NCBI RefSeq assembly: GCF_009914755.1
Contig: NC_060936.1
DNA from: the human T2T-CHM13v2.0 reference genome, Homo sapiens
DNA length: 64,000 nucleotides
Reading direction: 5' to 3' (one strand)
Shown piece after piece: positions 20,850 through 37,165 of this stretch. Below the pieces are notes generated by a model. The model did not search any database, had not been told where the DNA came from, and was given only the letters and a program-made list of their open reading frames with translations. Numbering within the stretch: position 1 is the stretch's first letter; each line of letters opens with the position of its first letter. A program made the position numbers and the translations under genes.

Positions 20850-21830
20850 AGTACTGGGTTGGGGAAAATCCAAGATGAATCTCGAGCATGTTATGGCAGA
20901 AAGTAAGTACGTCTTTGAAGAATGATGAAGATTTGTCAAAAAGACACAGAAGCCAGTTTGAAGGGGCTCCCACTGGCCAAATCATGGACAGTTTGAGCAT
21001 TTGAGATATAAACCACTGAATAAAATAAGAAACCATAATTCTATACTGATTTAAATAAATGAACACATAAAAAGTTAAATAAAAATTAAATATTTACATA
21101 GTTTCAGAGTACCTACCTACAACATAATTATTCATTATAAAGGGAAATAGTAAATGTGTGACGGAGAAACCTAGCAGACAGCGAGTAATGAAAATGAGCA
21201 TTTTTAGTAATGAGACAAATCAATATCAACACCTGTAATCTTCCAAAATTTCAAAGTCCTGTAAGTTAGGAAAGACTGAGGAATTGTTTCAGATTGAAGG
21301 AAACTAAATAAACATGACAACTGAATGCAATGTGTGACTTTAAACTGGCTAGAAAGGATATTATTCTAACAATTAGTGAAAGTTGACTGTGGTCTGAGGA
21401 GTAGATAAGTTTTTTTATCAATATTAATTTCTGATTTTGATGATGGTATGGTATTGGGGAAGATAAGAAAGTGTCCTTGTTTGTAGTAAACAAACCTGAA
21501 GTGTTTGGGGTGATAAAACATCATGTTAGCAACCTACTCTTAAATAGTTTAGGTGAAAGACTGGGACGCCTATAATGACAGCTACTCAAGAGGTGATGGC
21601 GGGTGCTTATAGTGCCAGCTACTCAAGAGGCTGAGGCAGGAGAATCACTTGAACCCAGGAGGCGGAGGTTTCAGTGAGCCGAGATCACACCACTGCACTC
21701 CAGCCTAGGTGACAGAGTGAGACTCTGTTAAAAAAAAAAGATAGTTTAAGAGAGGAAAAAACTTTGTACTGTATTTGAAACATTTGTGTATGAAATAGTT
21801 TCAAAAATAAAAACTTTAAAATGTTAAAAG
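20850..21830 (+). mobile_element. L1MC-type 3' region, with an Alu right arm at ~21565-21740
   Basis: GACACAGAAGCCAGTTTGAAGGGGCTCCCACTGGCCAAA, GAGGAATTGTTTCAGATTGAAGGAAACTAAATAAACATGACAACTGAATGCAATG. Confidence 0.75.
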
Positions 21831-21908
21831 TCTAAGTCTAATTTCTTGACCCCCATCTCCTCTCCCACTCTCTTCTACCCTACTTACTTGTCCCTAAAGA
21901 AGGCGTCT

Positions 21909-22826
21909 AGGCTGGGCACAGTGGGTCACGCCTGTAATCCAAGCACTTTGGGAGGCTGAGGTGAGTGGATCACCTGAGGTCAGGAGTTCAAGACCAGCCT
22001 GGCCAACATGGTGAAACCCCATCTCTACTAAAAATACAAAAATTAGCCAGGTGTGGTGGCACGTGCCTGTACTGTAGTCCCAGCTATTCAGGAGGCTGAG
22101 GCACGACAATTGCTTGAACTCAGGAGACGGAGGTTGCAGTGAGCTGAGATCGTGTCACTGCACTCCAGCCTGGGCAACAGAGCAAGACGCCATCTCAAAA
22201 AAAAAAAAAAAAAGATGGCGTCTAGGGAAAACAAGATCACGATGGCCTTGAAACTTGAACTCTTAAACTCAAGAGATTCTCCCACCTCAGCTTCCTGAGT
22301 AGCTGGTGGGGGACTCATAGGCATGTGCCTTTTTCTTCCCTATATCTTAAAAGAATTTTCTGTTTCTTAAATTATTTGTTTTTATTTTTTTAGAGACAGG
22401 GTCTCTCTTTGTCGCCCAGGCTGGAGAGTGCAGTGGTGTGATCATAGCTCACTGCTGCCTCCAATTCCTGGGCTCAATGATCTTCCCTCCTCAGCCTCAT
22501 GAGTAGCTATAGGGATGTGCCACAATGCTGAAAAAGAGCTGTCTATACTCCAATTCTTCCTTTCCCATTTGCTCTTGACCCACTCAAAACAGCTTTCACT
22601 TCCATCACTGTTCCTGTTAAGGTCACCAGTGACCTCTGTGCTGCTAAATCCAAAAGGTAATTTTCTTTTTTTTTCTTTGAGACAGGGTCTCACTCTGTCA
22701 TCTACCCAGGAATGAAGTGGCACAATCATAGCTCCCTGCATCCTCGACCTCCTGGGCTCAAGTGATCATCCTGCCTCAGCCTCCCAAAGCACTAGAACTA
22801 AAAGGTGTGTGCCACAACGCCTGGCT
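21909..22826. mobile_element. AluSx (+, ~21909-22213) and reverse AluJ/monomer fragments (~22250-22330, ~22370-22530, ~22663-22826)
   Basis: Alu consensus; TSD AAGA(A/T)GGCGTCTA. Confidence 0.85.
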
Positions 22827-23692
22827 CAAAAGGCAATTTCCAATCCTCTTTTTGCCAGACACATCAGCAGAAGTGACAGCTGATTATTTAATCCTTCTTG
22901 AAACATTTTCTTCACTTACATGCCAAGACCCCACATTCTCCCAGGACCACCCTGCAGCCTCCTTTGCCATTTCCTTCTCGTTTCCTCTGACCTCTAAAGA
23001 ATGGAGTATGCTAGGGGTCAGGACCCAGACTTTTCCTCTTCTCACTTCTTTGGTGATCTCATCCAGTCCTCTGGCTTTAAATAACATCCACATGCTGATG
23101 ACTTACTAATTTATGCCTCCAGCCAGGCCTCTTTTCTAAACTCTGGACTTCTATAACCCAACTGCTTACTCCACATTTTCCCTTGGATGTTATCCAACAG
23201 GCATCTCAAATTTAACATGGCCAACACTTAACTCCTGACCTTCCTTCCCCGCCGACATCTGCTCTAGCCAGTCTTCCCCATATCAGTGAATGGCACCCTT
23301 CCATTTGCTCCAAAACTCTTAGAGTTATCCTTGACTCTTCTTTCCTCACATCAATTACGTTAGCAAATCCTGTCATCCTGACTGTCTCCGCTTGGTCCAG
23401 GTCACCAGCATCTCTCAATGAGGTTCCTGAAGAGGCCTCCTTACTGGCTCCTGCTTCTGTGCCAGCCCTCTACTGTCTCTTCTCATCACTCTCCACTGCT
23501 TCCCCATTTCACTTTGAGTGAAAGCCAAAGCTGTCCCGACACTGACGCAAAACCCCACATGATCTCTTCTACCAAATTGGCTAACAAGAAGTTTGATACA
23601 ATCAATGATATGGAAGAAGTGGGGAGACAGTTCAACTTGTATGTTGCTTGTGGGAGTGTAACTTATGAATGTCTATTAAAAAACAAAGTTAA

Positions 23693-26408
<2,716 letters not shown>

Positions 26409-26424
26409 TCTTTTCAATTTCTGA

Positions 26425-27270
26425 CACTTTATAATTGTATGTACTTATGGGGTACAATGTGATGTTTTTGCATACATGGATACATTGTATAGTGATCAAA
26501 TCAGGGTATTTAGGACAGCCATCTCATTATGAATTTGTAATTTTTTTGTGGTGAGAACATTCAAAACCCTCTCTTCTATTTTGTTAATAATATACCATAC
26601 TTTCTTGTTAACCATTGTCACTCTACTGTGCAATAGAACACCAGAACTTATTCCTCCTATCTAGTTTTGTACCTCCAAACAACCTCTCCTCAACCTCCTC
26701 TCCTCCACTGGCTCTGCAACCTCTGGTAACCACTGATCTGCTCTATACTTCCATAAGATCGGCTTTTTCTTTTTCTTTTTTTTAAGATTCCACGTATCAG
26801 TGAGAACATGTGGTATTTGTCTTTTTGTGTCTGACTTATTTCACTTAACATAATGTTCAGGTTCAAATAATTTGTTTCAAATGACAGGATATCATTCTTT
26901 TTCATTGCTGAATAGTATTCCACTGTGTAGATATACCACATTTTATCCATTCATCCATTGCTGGCATTTAGGTTGACTTCAATTCTTGGCTATTGTGAAC
27001 AGTGCTGCAATAAACAAGGGAGTACAGATACCTCCATTTACCCACTGGTGGGATTGCTGGATCATATAGTGCTCTACTTTTAATTTTTTGAGGAACCTCC
27101 ACAGTTTTCCTTAATAGAGGTACTAATTTACATTCCCACCAACAGTGTGTAAGGGTTCTATTTTCTCTACATCCTCACCAACACTTGTTTTCTTTTGTCT
27201 TTTTGATAAGAGCTATTCTAACTAGAGTGAGGTGGTATTTCATTGCAGTTTTGATTTGCATTTCCCTGAT
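26425..27270 (-). mobile_element. L1MA-type 3' end
   Basis: TTATGGGGTACAATGTGATGTTT, CTTATTTCACTTAACATAATG, TAATTTACATTCCCACCAACAGTG. ORF 26690..26950 is L1-like (MDKMWYIYTVEYYSAMKKN). Confidence 0.9.
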
Positions 27271-27327
27271 AATTAGTTATAACATTCAATTTCAATTCCT
27301 TTTTTTAAAAACCATGAACATATACTC

Positions 27328-28490
<1,163 letters not shown>

Positions 28491-30154
28491 TTTTTTTTAA
28501 AGAAAACAAAGCACACTATTTGTAGAAATCTACAAAAGGGTAAAGAAGGAAAAAAAAACCCACTGGCTACCCAGAGAAAACTTGAGTTAATGTTTTTGGG
28601 ACATTTCCTGCAAAAGGCAAAGTGCCCAGTGAAGTTGAACCTGAAGCCTTGTCATAATCTTTTGCTGATGCCTTGATGCCATTTTGGGGGATGGGGGAGG
28701 TGGCCTGGCAGTTTTGTCTTCCTTTGTTTGGAAAATCCAGCAGAATGGGTCTTGCACATTGGAAAGGCAAACATTCACCTATTATTCTTGGAGAAAACAG
28801 TGAATTTACCTGAATTCTGCAGGAAGATGTTGCAAACTGAGATATGAAGTGTTCTGCCTTAGTAAGGATCAAATGGTCTTTTAGCCTAACCTTTCTTTGA
28901 AGTGCAAGAAATTGATTCCCCAGGAGTGTCTTTAAACTCAACTGCATGTCCTCCTCCACAGAATCATTTTAGATAAAATACTGGGTCTGTGTGAAGGGCA
29001 CACAATTATGTAGGCTGTGGGGTGGCTCATCTGGATCCAGGGTCTCTTAGCAGAATGCTGGGGGATTTAGGAAGTTTCCCACCATGGAACAGTTGGTAGG
29101 CAATGGCTGCCTCCAGGCGTCAGGTGTGACTGATGCCACCTGCCCTGCCTTGGTCAGTCAGCCCACATTGCCCTGGAAACCAAGGTGACGCCTTGTATTT
29201 GCAAACACCAGAGAATAAAGCCTAGGCAGATGGATCAGACCCTGGTGGTAAGAATGCGGATGGACCCTCTGGTCTCAGCTTGAAAGAGGTGGAGTCCTGC
29301 ATCAAACCTACTATGCCAAACTCCTTCCCCAGAAGGAAATAGGAGAAATATCCTGCAGGCAAACAATTCTGTTCTAACTAGGAAATGAGGTAATCTACCA
29401 AGTTCAAGCAGAGAAGAGGGCTTGAAAAACCAAGAAATAAAAAGTGGGAAGGAGGTAGACCTCTTGAAGCCCACCTGGCAAGAAGCAGATTTACAGCTTG
29501 GTAATATTATGCTTAAGCCCATAAAAGCAGAAAAGATAGGACAGTGGGATAGGAATCTGGAAGTAGAAGACAAGAGGTAAGAAAATGGGATACTGACTTA
29601 AAAAAAAAAAAAAAAACCCAGACATCTGACTTGACACTCTCCGTCTTGTTAATTTCTTCAATGATGATATTAACTAAGAAGGGGTAGGAAGAGAATTGGG
29701 GAAGGGGTAGGAAGAGGAGAATGCTGAGAAGAAAGTCTGGCTGATGGGACCAGCTCGTCTGGATTAACTTTCTAATCTTCTATAGAGGAGGAAAACCAAG
29801 GTCTGGAGAAGAGATGCAACTCTACTCAGAGTCTGCATGTCCCCCCCAGCCTGGGACACGTGGGGCCTGAGTGCATGTCCACAGCCATCTTCCCCAGCTC
29901 CCTCTCCAAGGGGCCACCCAGCCTCGCGCCGTGCCCAAGCCCTGGCCCAGGAGAATCTCTCCGAGCCCAGATACCCTTCCGGGCCTAAGCAGGCCCTACT
30001 CTCCCAACCCTCAGTTACCTTCTGGGATGACTCCAGCCAGTTGCCCTGGTGAGGGGGCTGTGTCACAAGGGGGCCTGGGGTCCCTCAACCTGGCACCCAT
30101 GCAGTGTCCCCCGACCTGGCCTGCCTGAGTCCTCCCACACAACAAGCCGACTCA

Positions 30155-30851
30155 GGGGCAGGGAGGGGGCCTCCACATTTTATTAGGGATACGGCAGAAG
30201 CAGAGGCAGGAAGCAGAGCAGCCGCATTTTAAACAACACATAAATTAACCGCAGTGCGGGGCTGGGGGCTGGGGGCTGGGCCAGGCGCTTCAATATATAA
30301 AAACAACAACAAAAAAGACGGACGAACAGACCCCAAAGGCATGGGGCAGAGGAGGGCAGCACCATCCAGACAGCAGGGAGGACCAGGGCAGAGAGAGAAG
30401 GCAACTTGTCCCCCTGGCCCCCAAACTCCACCAGCACGGGGGCCTCCAGGAGGGCCTCGCGAGGGCTTCGGGGCAGAGGAGCAGCCGGGTTGGGCAGAGA
30501 TGGCACGGCTGGTGGGCAGGAAGCCCAGCACCACAAGATGGCTCAGCCTGAAGTAGGGACTGGAGGGCTGCGACACAGTGGCCTTTAACCCCCAGTCCCT
30601 TCCAGGAAGAGCCTTACTCTGGGTGAGAGAAGGGACCAAGGGCGGGGTCTCTCCCTGAGCTGAGCACGGTCATCTCATCCGCCGAAGCAGTGGGTGGTGG
30701 GGTGTGCCAGGGACCCCCTTTTCACCTTCTTATCCACCTGCCTCCTTGGTCCCTTCAGGGAGGGGTCCCCGTCTCCGGGGGCTGGGCATGAAGAGAGCCG
30801 GTCCAGTCTGTGGTCCCCAGCTCCAGCGGGGCCGTGGCGTGGCGCAGCCCC
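30155..30851 (-). other. NCKAP5L: NCKAP5L 3'UTR (3' end approximate)
   Basis: Lies between the stop codon and the AATAAA signal. Confidence 0.8.
30179..30184 (-). terminator. NCKAP5L: Polyadenylation signal of NCKAP5L
   Basis: TTTATT on + (AATAAA on -), ~670 nt past the stop codon, with a downstream GT-rich element (TTGTTGTGTGG on -). Confidence 0.8.
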
Positions 30852-31064
30852 TCAGCCCTGACTCCCACAAGAGGACAGCGAGTCGTAGAGTGAGTCACTG
30901 AGAGACTCCGAGGTCTCCAGCCCTGGGGGGCCCCCGCTGGCCACTCTGCCTTCCTCGGCCATGTCCGAAGTGCTGGGGGTGCGGCTACCCCCGAAAGGTG
31001 GGCCCTGGGGCGTAGGGGACGGGCGGCTGGGCTCCTGGCTTCGCTTCCGGTCCACGGGCAGGGC
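30852..31064 (-). CDS. NCKAP5L: NCKAP5L last coding exon (ALPVDRKRSQ...LSSCGSQG*)
   Basis: ttcccag| acceptor, phase 0, 213 nt, TGA at 30854-30852. Confidence 0.95.
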   Translation of the reverse strand, partial: ALPVDRKRSQEPSRPSPTPQGPPFGGSRTPSTSDMAEEGRVASGGPPGLETSESLSDSLYDSLSSCGSQG

Positions 31065-31458
31065 CTGGGAAAGGAGGGGCAGCTCGGGAGGAAGCTCCTC
31101 TCCACCTTTCGGCCCAGCCTCAGAGGCACTGAGCTCTGAGGGGCGTCTGTGCACCTGATGGGGGGCTGCTCCAGAGGGGGCCCAAGGTGGGGTATACTTC
31201 AGAGGAAACAGGCTGGAGGTACAACTGAGAACAGTCCTACAAGGTTCTGGGGAGGGACAGAAACCTTTCCCCACGAGAGAAGTGCAAGGAGGGCAGTGGG
31301 GAGGGCCGCTCACAGGGCATCCCAGGGGTCCTCCTCCCAGAGGGTGCAGCACTGAGACTGTGCGACACACAGGCCGTACCTTACTGGAGAAACTGGTCTC
31401 CCCACATCACTCCCTCCTGCTCCCGAGTCCTTTCCCTTTCCTCTGCTGCAATTCTCAC

Positions 31459-31601
31459 CATGGGGGTCCTGGGCAGCCCCTCCAGTTGTCGGGGTGGGCA
31501 CATGAGAGGGTCCGAGGAGCTGCCGGCTGCCCTAGTATTGGGGAAGGTCCAGTTCTTGGCCAGCTGGACAGGAGGGGTGGGGCCTGGGTCTTCACAGGGA
31601 T
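31459..31601 (-). CDS. NCKAP5L: NCKAP5L coding exon (DPCEDPG...PRTPM)
   Basis: 143 nt, acag| and |gtgaga, phase 1 to 0. Confidence 0.93.
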
Positions 31602-31690
31602 CTGTCCAGGAACAAAGGGAAGGTGGATGGAGCTGCCTGGGCAGCTCCAGGATGCCCAGGGGCATCCCACCCTCCCACCTGGACACTCAC

Positions 31691-31999
31691 CATCAGGACA
31701 GGTCTCATGGCCCCGGTGGCCCGGAGCAGCGGGTAGCAGTGCAGGGAAGGCTGGCATGCTGGGGTGCCGCCCACTCACCAGCAGCTCCTCTATGCCTGGC
31801 ACCTCCCGCTCCAGTGTGTGGGCGCGGCGGGGGACTTTGGTAAGGGGTGGGGGCCGAGCTGGGGGTACCCCAGGTGGGGGATCCAGCCGCGGTGGCTTGG
31901 TCTTAGGAAGATTCTTGCTGGGGGTCCCACTGCTACCATGGTCTGGGGGTGGGAAGGTCCCAATGCCACTGTCCAAGGTTCGAGTCAAGGAGCCACAGG
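31691..31999 (-). CDS. NCKAP5L: NCKAP5L coding exon (ACGSLTRTLDSGIGTFPPPD...ETCPD)
   Basis: 309 nt, ccccag| and |gtgagt, phase 1 to 1. Contains the DSGIGTFP motif. Confidence 0.95.
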
Positions 32000-32364
32000 C
32001 TGGGGAGGGGAGGGGAGGGCCCGTTAAGAGTGTGAGGCTGGGCTCAGTCCCCGGCCTGCCTCCACTTCCCGCCCAGCCCAGGCTCCACCCTTACTCAGGG
32101 CCCCTCCTGGCCCAACAGGCTCATTCCACAGCACCTGTCCACCAACCCCACCTGCCCTGGGCTTGGGGAAGGGGTGTAGGTGGGGCGAGTACCCTGAGGG
32201 CAGGGAAGGATTTGTTCCTGTGTAGCTCCAGTGCCCACCTGGTGCTTGGCACCAAGATGGCACACAGAGCCTGGCACCTGCTGCGGGGACGGGAAGAAGT
32301 AAAGTGGGAAGAAGTGGGTAGGGGGGTGGGGGCAGGCCCATCCTCAGCCCCTGACCCTGCTGAC

Positions 32365-32446
32365 CTGTGAAGTGTGAGGTGGGCACTGGCTCGGCCAGGC
32401 TGTCCTCCGAGGGCATCTCTTCCCGCCTCCCTGGCTCGCTGCTCGG
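32365..32446 (-). CDS. NCKAP5L: NCKAP5L coding exon (PSSEPGRREE...SHFT)
   Basis: 82 nt, cacacag| and |gtcagc, phase 0 to 1. Confidence 0.92.
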
Positions 32447-32746
32447 CTGTGTGGGATACAGGAGACCTCATAGTCCACTCCTCCCCCCTCCACACCCCTC
32501 CCCATGCCTCTAGAGGGTGGGAATGTGTCTGTAAACATATGAGAGTATGAGGATTAGGGCCCAGGAGTATGGATCTGAGAGCCCCTGCAGACTGGGAAGC
32601 CCCTCTCCCCTCCCCAGTCTCCCCGTAGAGACTGTGAGTGCATCCGGCACTCATGGTCTTGGGGAAGGGGAACCCTCTAGGGGGTAAGAGACCTGGCAGG
32701 GCCAGAGAGCCAGGCCGTCCACCCAGTCCCTACCCCAAGAACTTAC

Positions 32747-32909
32747 CTTTCCAGGAGGTTTTCCGCAGCCCTGAAGAGGGCCCACCAGGCCATTCCGGGG
32801 CCCACAGGCTGGCCAGGGGCTCTTGGGGTCAGAAGACACCGGCTGGAAATCCCCGTACTCAGGCTTGGGCTCCCGCCAGCTCTTGGATGGCAGCTCCTTG
32901 CCATCCACC
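32747..32909 (-). CDS. NCKAP5L: NCKAP5L coding exon (VDGKELPSK...KPPGK)
   Basis: 163 nt, cccatag| and |gtaagt, phase 2 to 0. Confidence 0.94.
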
Positions 32910-33777
32910 CTATGGGCAACAGTGCAGATATAGGTGAGGGTGGTCTTGCCTGCCCAGACATTCCAGCCTTGCACCCGCCAATGGTGCTGGGCTTAGGGAG
33001 GCACTTCCTGCCATCCACCCCCGGGGAAGGGGACATGTCGCTAGTGATTGCTCCCAACACCCTTCTTGACACTGGCAACAGGCAAGGACCTTAGGGAACC
33101 CCAGAGGAACAGAGGGCAGGGGAGAAGATGGGAGAACTCCCTGAAAGTTATCCAGGGTCAAGCCTAGAGACTGCTTGATGGTGATTCCAGGTAGACTGGC
33201 AGACCCGGTCACATCCTGGTCCATGAACGACACACTCCACCTGCTCTAGCTGAACTTCTGAGCACACCTGCGGTCCAAACCACGCACCCTACCTGGGGCC
33301 CAATTCCTGCAGACTTTCTGCCTCATCTGGCCCAGACAGAGCAACCCCAAGATGGGTGGATCCCTTCTTTAAACCACAACTCCTGTTGTGGCAGATGTCA
33401 AAGGGCAAGATGGGAAGAGGACTCCCCTTATCCCTTTCCTGAGGGAGAAGACCTTTATCAGCCCATAGTTAGGCTCTAGCCTTCACTTAACTATCACATG
33501 CAGGCTGCCTCATCTGGTATGGAGACCATCCAGGAAGATGTGGACTGTTAACTCTTCTCAAATGAGAAGCCAGCAATGAGGCCAAGCCCCTGATCTTTCC
33601 TCCAGGCCAAGTCACTGACCCCCCCACCAGCTGCTTTGGTGGCCTTCTATCCCTTTTGACCTCTGGGAAGCCCCAGCTCCCAGGAAAAGCAGGCCTAGCT
33701 CCAGACGCAGGTGTGCCCACGAAGGGAAAAGTGCCCCAAGCCCACCAAGCCCCTGTTGACTGATCCCAGGACCTCAC

Positions 33778-36407
33778 CTGTTTAGCAGCTGCTGCATGAA
33801 GGTGTCTGCACCTTGGTACATGCCAGCCAGCTGGCCCTGCACCTGCCCCAGCCCCGTGTTGGGCCCTGGGGCTGGGCCACCAGGCCGTGGCCGGGCCCGG
33901 CTGCTTAGGTAGGCCTTCTCCTCTTCCAGTGCCCGACGCAGGTCTTCCGCCTTGGCCATCAGCTTGGAGATGTTGAGGCTCTCGGCCTCCAGCTTCCGGG
34001 CTTCCATCTTGACTTCCCTCCGGAGCGGGGAGCCCCCGCCAGCCCCCTCCTTGTTCTTGGTGGCCTCTGTGCGGCGGTTCAGCGCTGGCAGCTTGCTCTT
34101 CTTAAGGCCGAACCAGCTGGCGATGCTGCTGGTGTTGCGGTGCTTGACCTCGGCGCCAGGGGCTCGCTCCTGGCCCTGGAGCCGCAGCACGTTCTCCTCA
34201 ATGCCCTTCATCACCTTCTCCTCGATGGCTGAGTGTGGGGCCAGCCCCTCAGGGCCCTGACTTGGGTCAGTGGGGCCAGGTACTAGGGGTGTGGACTGGG
34301 CCGTGGTACTACCACAGTCTGCCCAGGGAGGGCCCTTCCCTTTGTCAGGCTTGGGGGACTCCTTGGTGACTAGCGGAGCCCCAGGTCGAGGCACCACCTT
34401 GGTTGGTGACTTGGAAGGGAGCTTGGTGGGGCTGCTGTGAGGGCTCTTATTGGGCTTGCCCAGGCTTGGGGCTGAGGTTGGCACTTTGGCAGGGGTACGG
34501 GGTACCTGGGGGCACAGGGCCCCTGCCAGCCGGCTCTTGGCCAGCTCCACTTTGGTGAGGCAGCTCCTTGGTGAGACAGGCTCCAGGTCCACCCGGGCCC
34601 CCATGGAGTGAGAGGAGTAGACTCGGGCCCCGGGATCCCCCATAAGTCCAGGTTCCTGCTGCTTCAGGCTGTTTGTGCCCAAGGCCACTGCCCCCCGTAT
34701 CCCCCCCTTGGCTTCTAGCTGCTCCAGTGGCCTGTGGATGGAGGGCACCATGTCTCCAGCACTCTCCCCTGACTTCCCAGGTCCCCGGGTCTTTTCGGTG
34801 CCAGGCCTGGCTGGCACCCCATTCTTCTCTGAGCCCAGGGCCCCCTCGGGGCCTGTCTTCAGCTTCCCCAGGGCCGCCAGTCTGTCCCGCAGAGGTGTGC
34901 TGCCAGGATCCCCAGGTCGCCGTCCTGACCCCTGGCTGGGCTTCTTGGATGAGTTGCCTGGGGTCCTGCGGCCGGGATGGGGAGACTCCGAGCCTGCCTT
35001 GTCCAAACTCTTCTCTTGGGGGCTCCCATAGGGGTACGATTCTGGGAGGCAAGGACTGGGGGGTACTCCAGGGCTTCTGAGGACCTCAGGGGCCTGTGGT
35101 ACCTCCAGAGTTAGCTGTGGGTAGGTGGGCACCTGCAGTGGGGATGGAGGTGGCTCTGGGGAAGGCCCCCTAAAGGTGCTCCGAGAAAGGTCCAGAATGT
35201 TCTCATAGCAGGGAGACACCACTGGGCCTGGGGACAGCGTGGTGGACAAGGCTGACTGCGGGGGTCTGAGCTGTGTGGAGTCTGGGGTTGTGTAGCAGGG
35301 TGAAGGGCTGGTGGGCAGGCCTTGCGCCCCCTCTGGGGACAGCTCTCCTCCACCCAGACCCCTTCGGGCCAACAGTGGGGAGGGGCTGCCGTCTGAGCCA
35401 CTGTTCCGACAGGGGATTCGCGAGTTCCGGGGGAGCTGGGGACTGAGCTGCGGGCCTCCTGGGCTGGGGCTCTTCTCCGAGGTTGGAGGCAGCTTTAGAA
35501 ACTTGAGACCCCTAGCTGGAGAGGGCAGAAGGGGTCCCTGAGCTTCCCCAGGAGAAGGGGGGCCAATTTGGAGCTTGCTTTTCACCTGAGATGAGGAATG
35601 GGGGTGGCCAGGCCGAGAGCCCAGTGGGGCATCCCCAGCACCCATGAACATGCTAAGGAAGGGGAGGGGCCCCTGGCCCTCTGAGGTAGCACCGAAGCCT
35701 GGCCTGTGGGCCTCTGGGGTACCCCCACCCCAAGCTGACTTGGGGAGGCCTTTGGACTTAGACAGCTGTGGGGGCGCCTGGTCTGGGGAGGATGACTGCC
35801 CAGGACCTGGGTGGTCCCCATTGAGTGGGCCTGCAGCCCCGGCCAGGAAGGCCTGTAGGTAAGACTCTGTGTCCTCAAGGAGCTGGCCCAGGTTCAACTG
35901 TCTGCGGGCCAGGGCACCGAGCAGGGTGTCGGGGCTGGGTGCCTCATTGGGGTCACCTGCCTCATCAGAAGAGGAGGAGGAGCTGCTGCCTGGGGCACAG
36001 TTTGGGCCAGAGCTGGTGCCCTGGGCCTGAGGAGGTCCCCTGCTAGGACCCCAGGGCCGCCCAGTGTCCTCTTCCCCTCCCAGACCCCCCAAGAGGCGCT
36101 CCCAGTGCAGCAGGCCTCCCAGGTTGCCAGGGCCTAGCAGCAGGCAGGGCGCCCAGGGTGAGGGTTCAGGCTGAGGCGGGCCACACAGCTCGCCGTTGAT
36201 GGGCTCTGGGGAGCCAGGCCCCTGGCCTGGAGGCCGCCAGGGGGTGGCAGGTGAGCAGAGAAGCAAGGGGTCAGTCTCTTCCAGGGCTCTCAGCACCTCC
36301 AGAATCTGGGCCTTCTTCCGAAGGAACGGGGATAGGGCATCCAGCGCTGGGGGTGGGGCGGCTGGGGGGCCTGGGCCTCCTGGCCTCAGCTGCTGCTCCC
36401 AACATAC
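33778..36407 (-). CDS. NCKAP5L: NCKAP5L giant internal exon (2630 nt; Pro/Ser/Gly-rich region, SxIP-type motifs, NCKAP5 homology region)
   Basis: Corresponds to the 889 aa ORF 33774..36443. cctaag| acceptor, AG|gtgagg donor, phase 0 to 2. Contains SAIEEKVMKGIEEN and SIASWFGLKKSKLPAL. Confidence 0.97.
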
Positions 36408-36934
36408 CTTAGGGGAGAGATGATGGCATGAGGAGGAGACCACACACAGCTGGGATCCAGTTCCAGGCCCAGGCCCTGGGCTGGCTTAACAGGGAATGCC
36501 AGGAACAGAGCTGGCCTGGTTGTGTCTGTGTCCCCAAAAGGAATTAACAGCAACTGGGATATGATGGTTCCGCTTCCTCAAGGGTTGCTCAACACTGGTT
36601 ACCCCAGTTCTTCTTCCTGGCACACTTGGGGTTGGGCAGGCACCCTACATCCTTTTCTTGGTTGCCCCAGCCCCTACTCCCCACAGCCATTTGGATTAGC
36701 AGGGCTGACCACCTAAAACTCTGACCTCTGTGTTTGTCCCAGGGGAGGGAGGCCTGTCCATTTCTCGGGCCCAGAAAGAACACACAGACTCCAGAAGGGA
36801 GTGTGATGTGGCCAAGTCCTAAGTCAGTCACTATAGGCAAACCCAGGCCTCCTCAGGGAACACAGCTGACCCCGCTGACCTCATCCCCAGCAGAAAGGGG
36901 TTGGGGGTGACGCCATGCCCAGCCCTTTCTCAGG

Positions 36935-37165
36935 TGTAGCATAGTGTGGTATAGTGGGCAACCCATAGGCTCTGGAGTCAGCCTGTGTAGGCTCAAGTTC
37001 CAGTTCTGCCTATTGATAGGGCCTTCAAGTTATTTGAGCTCTAAGCTGCTTCATTGTGTCATCTGTAAAATGGGATGATTATTACGTTAACCTCACTAAA
37101 GAAGACAAATGAGATCCAGGGTGTTCTACACAGTGCCTGGCATGCAGTAAGAGCTCAGTAAGTGT
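36935..37165 (+). mobile_element. MIR
   Basis: GGCTCTGGAGTCAG.., CATCTGTAAAATGGG, ACAGTGCCTGGCATGCAGTAAGAGCTCAGTAA. Confidence 0.8.

Noticed and set aside
28567-29573. 130 aa and 112 aa minus-strand ORFs in repeat-poor DNA downstream of NCKAP5L
   Set aside because: Non-ATG starts, no recognisable homology and no splice structure I could support. The lengths are compatible with chance.
31282-32370. 362 aa + strand ORF and other antisense ORFs over NCKAP5L exons
   Set aside because: GC-rich, stop-poor antisense shadow of coding exons and short introns, with a non-ATG start and no recognisable domain.
32414-32416. Met in EEMPSEDS where I recall Thr in a reference NCKAP5L protein
   Set aside because: Rests on memory only and cannot be verified here. 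At most it is an ordinary ACG/ATG polymorphism.
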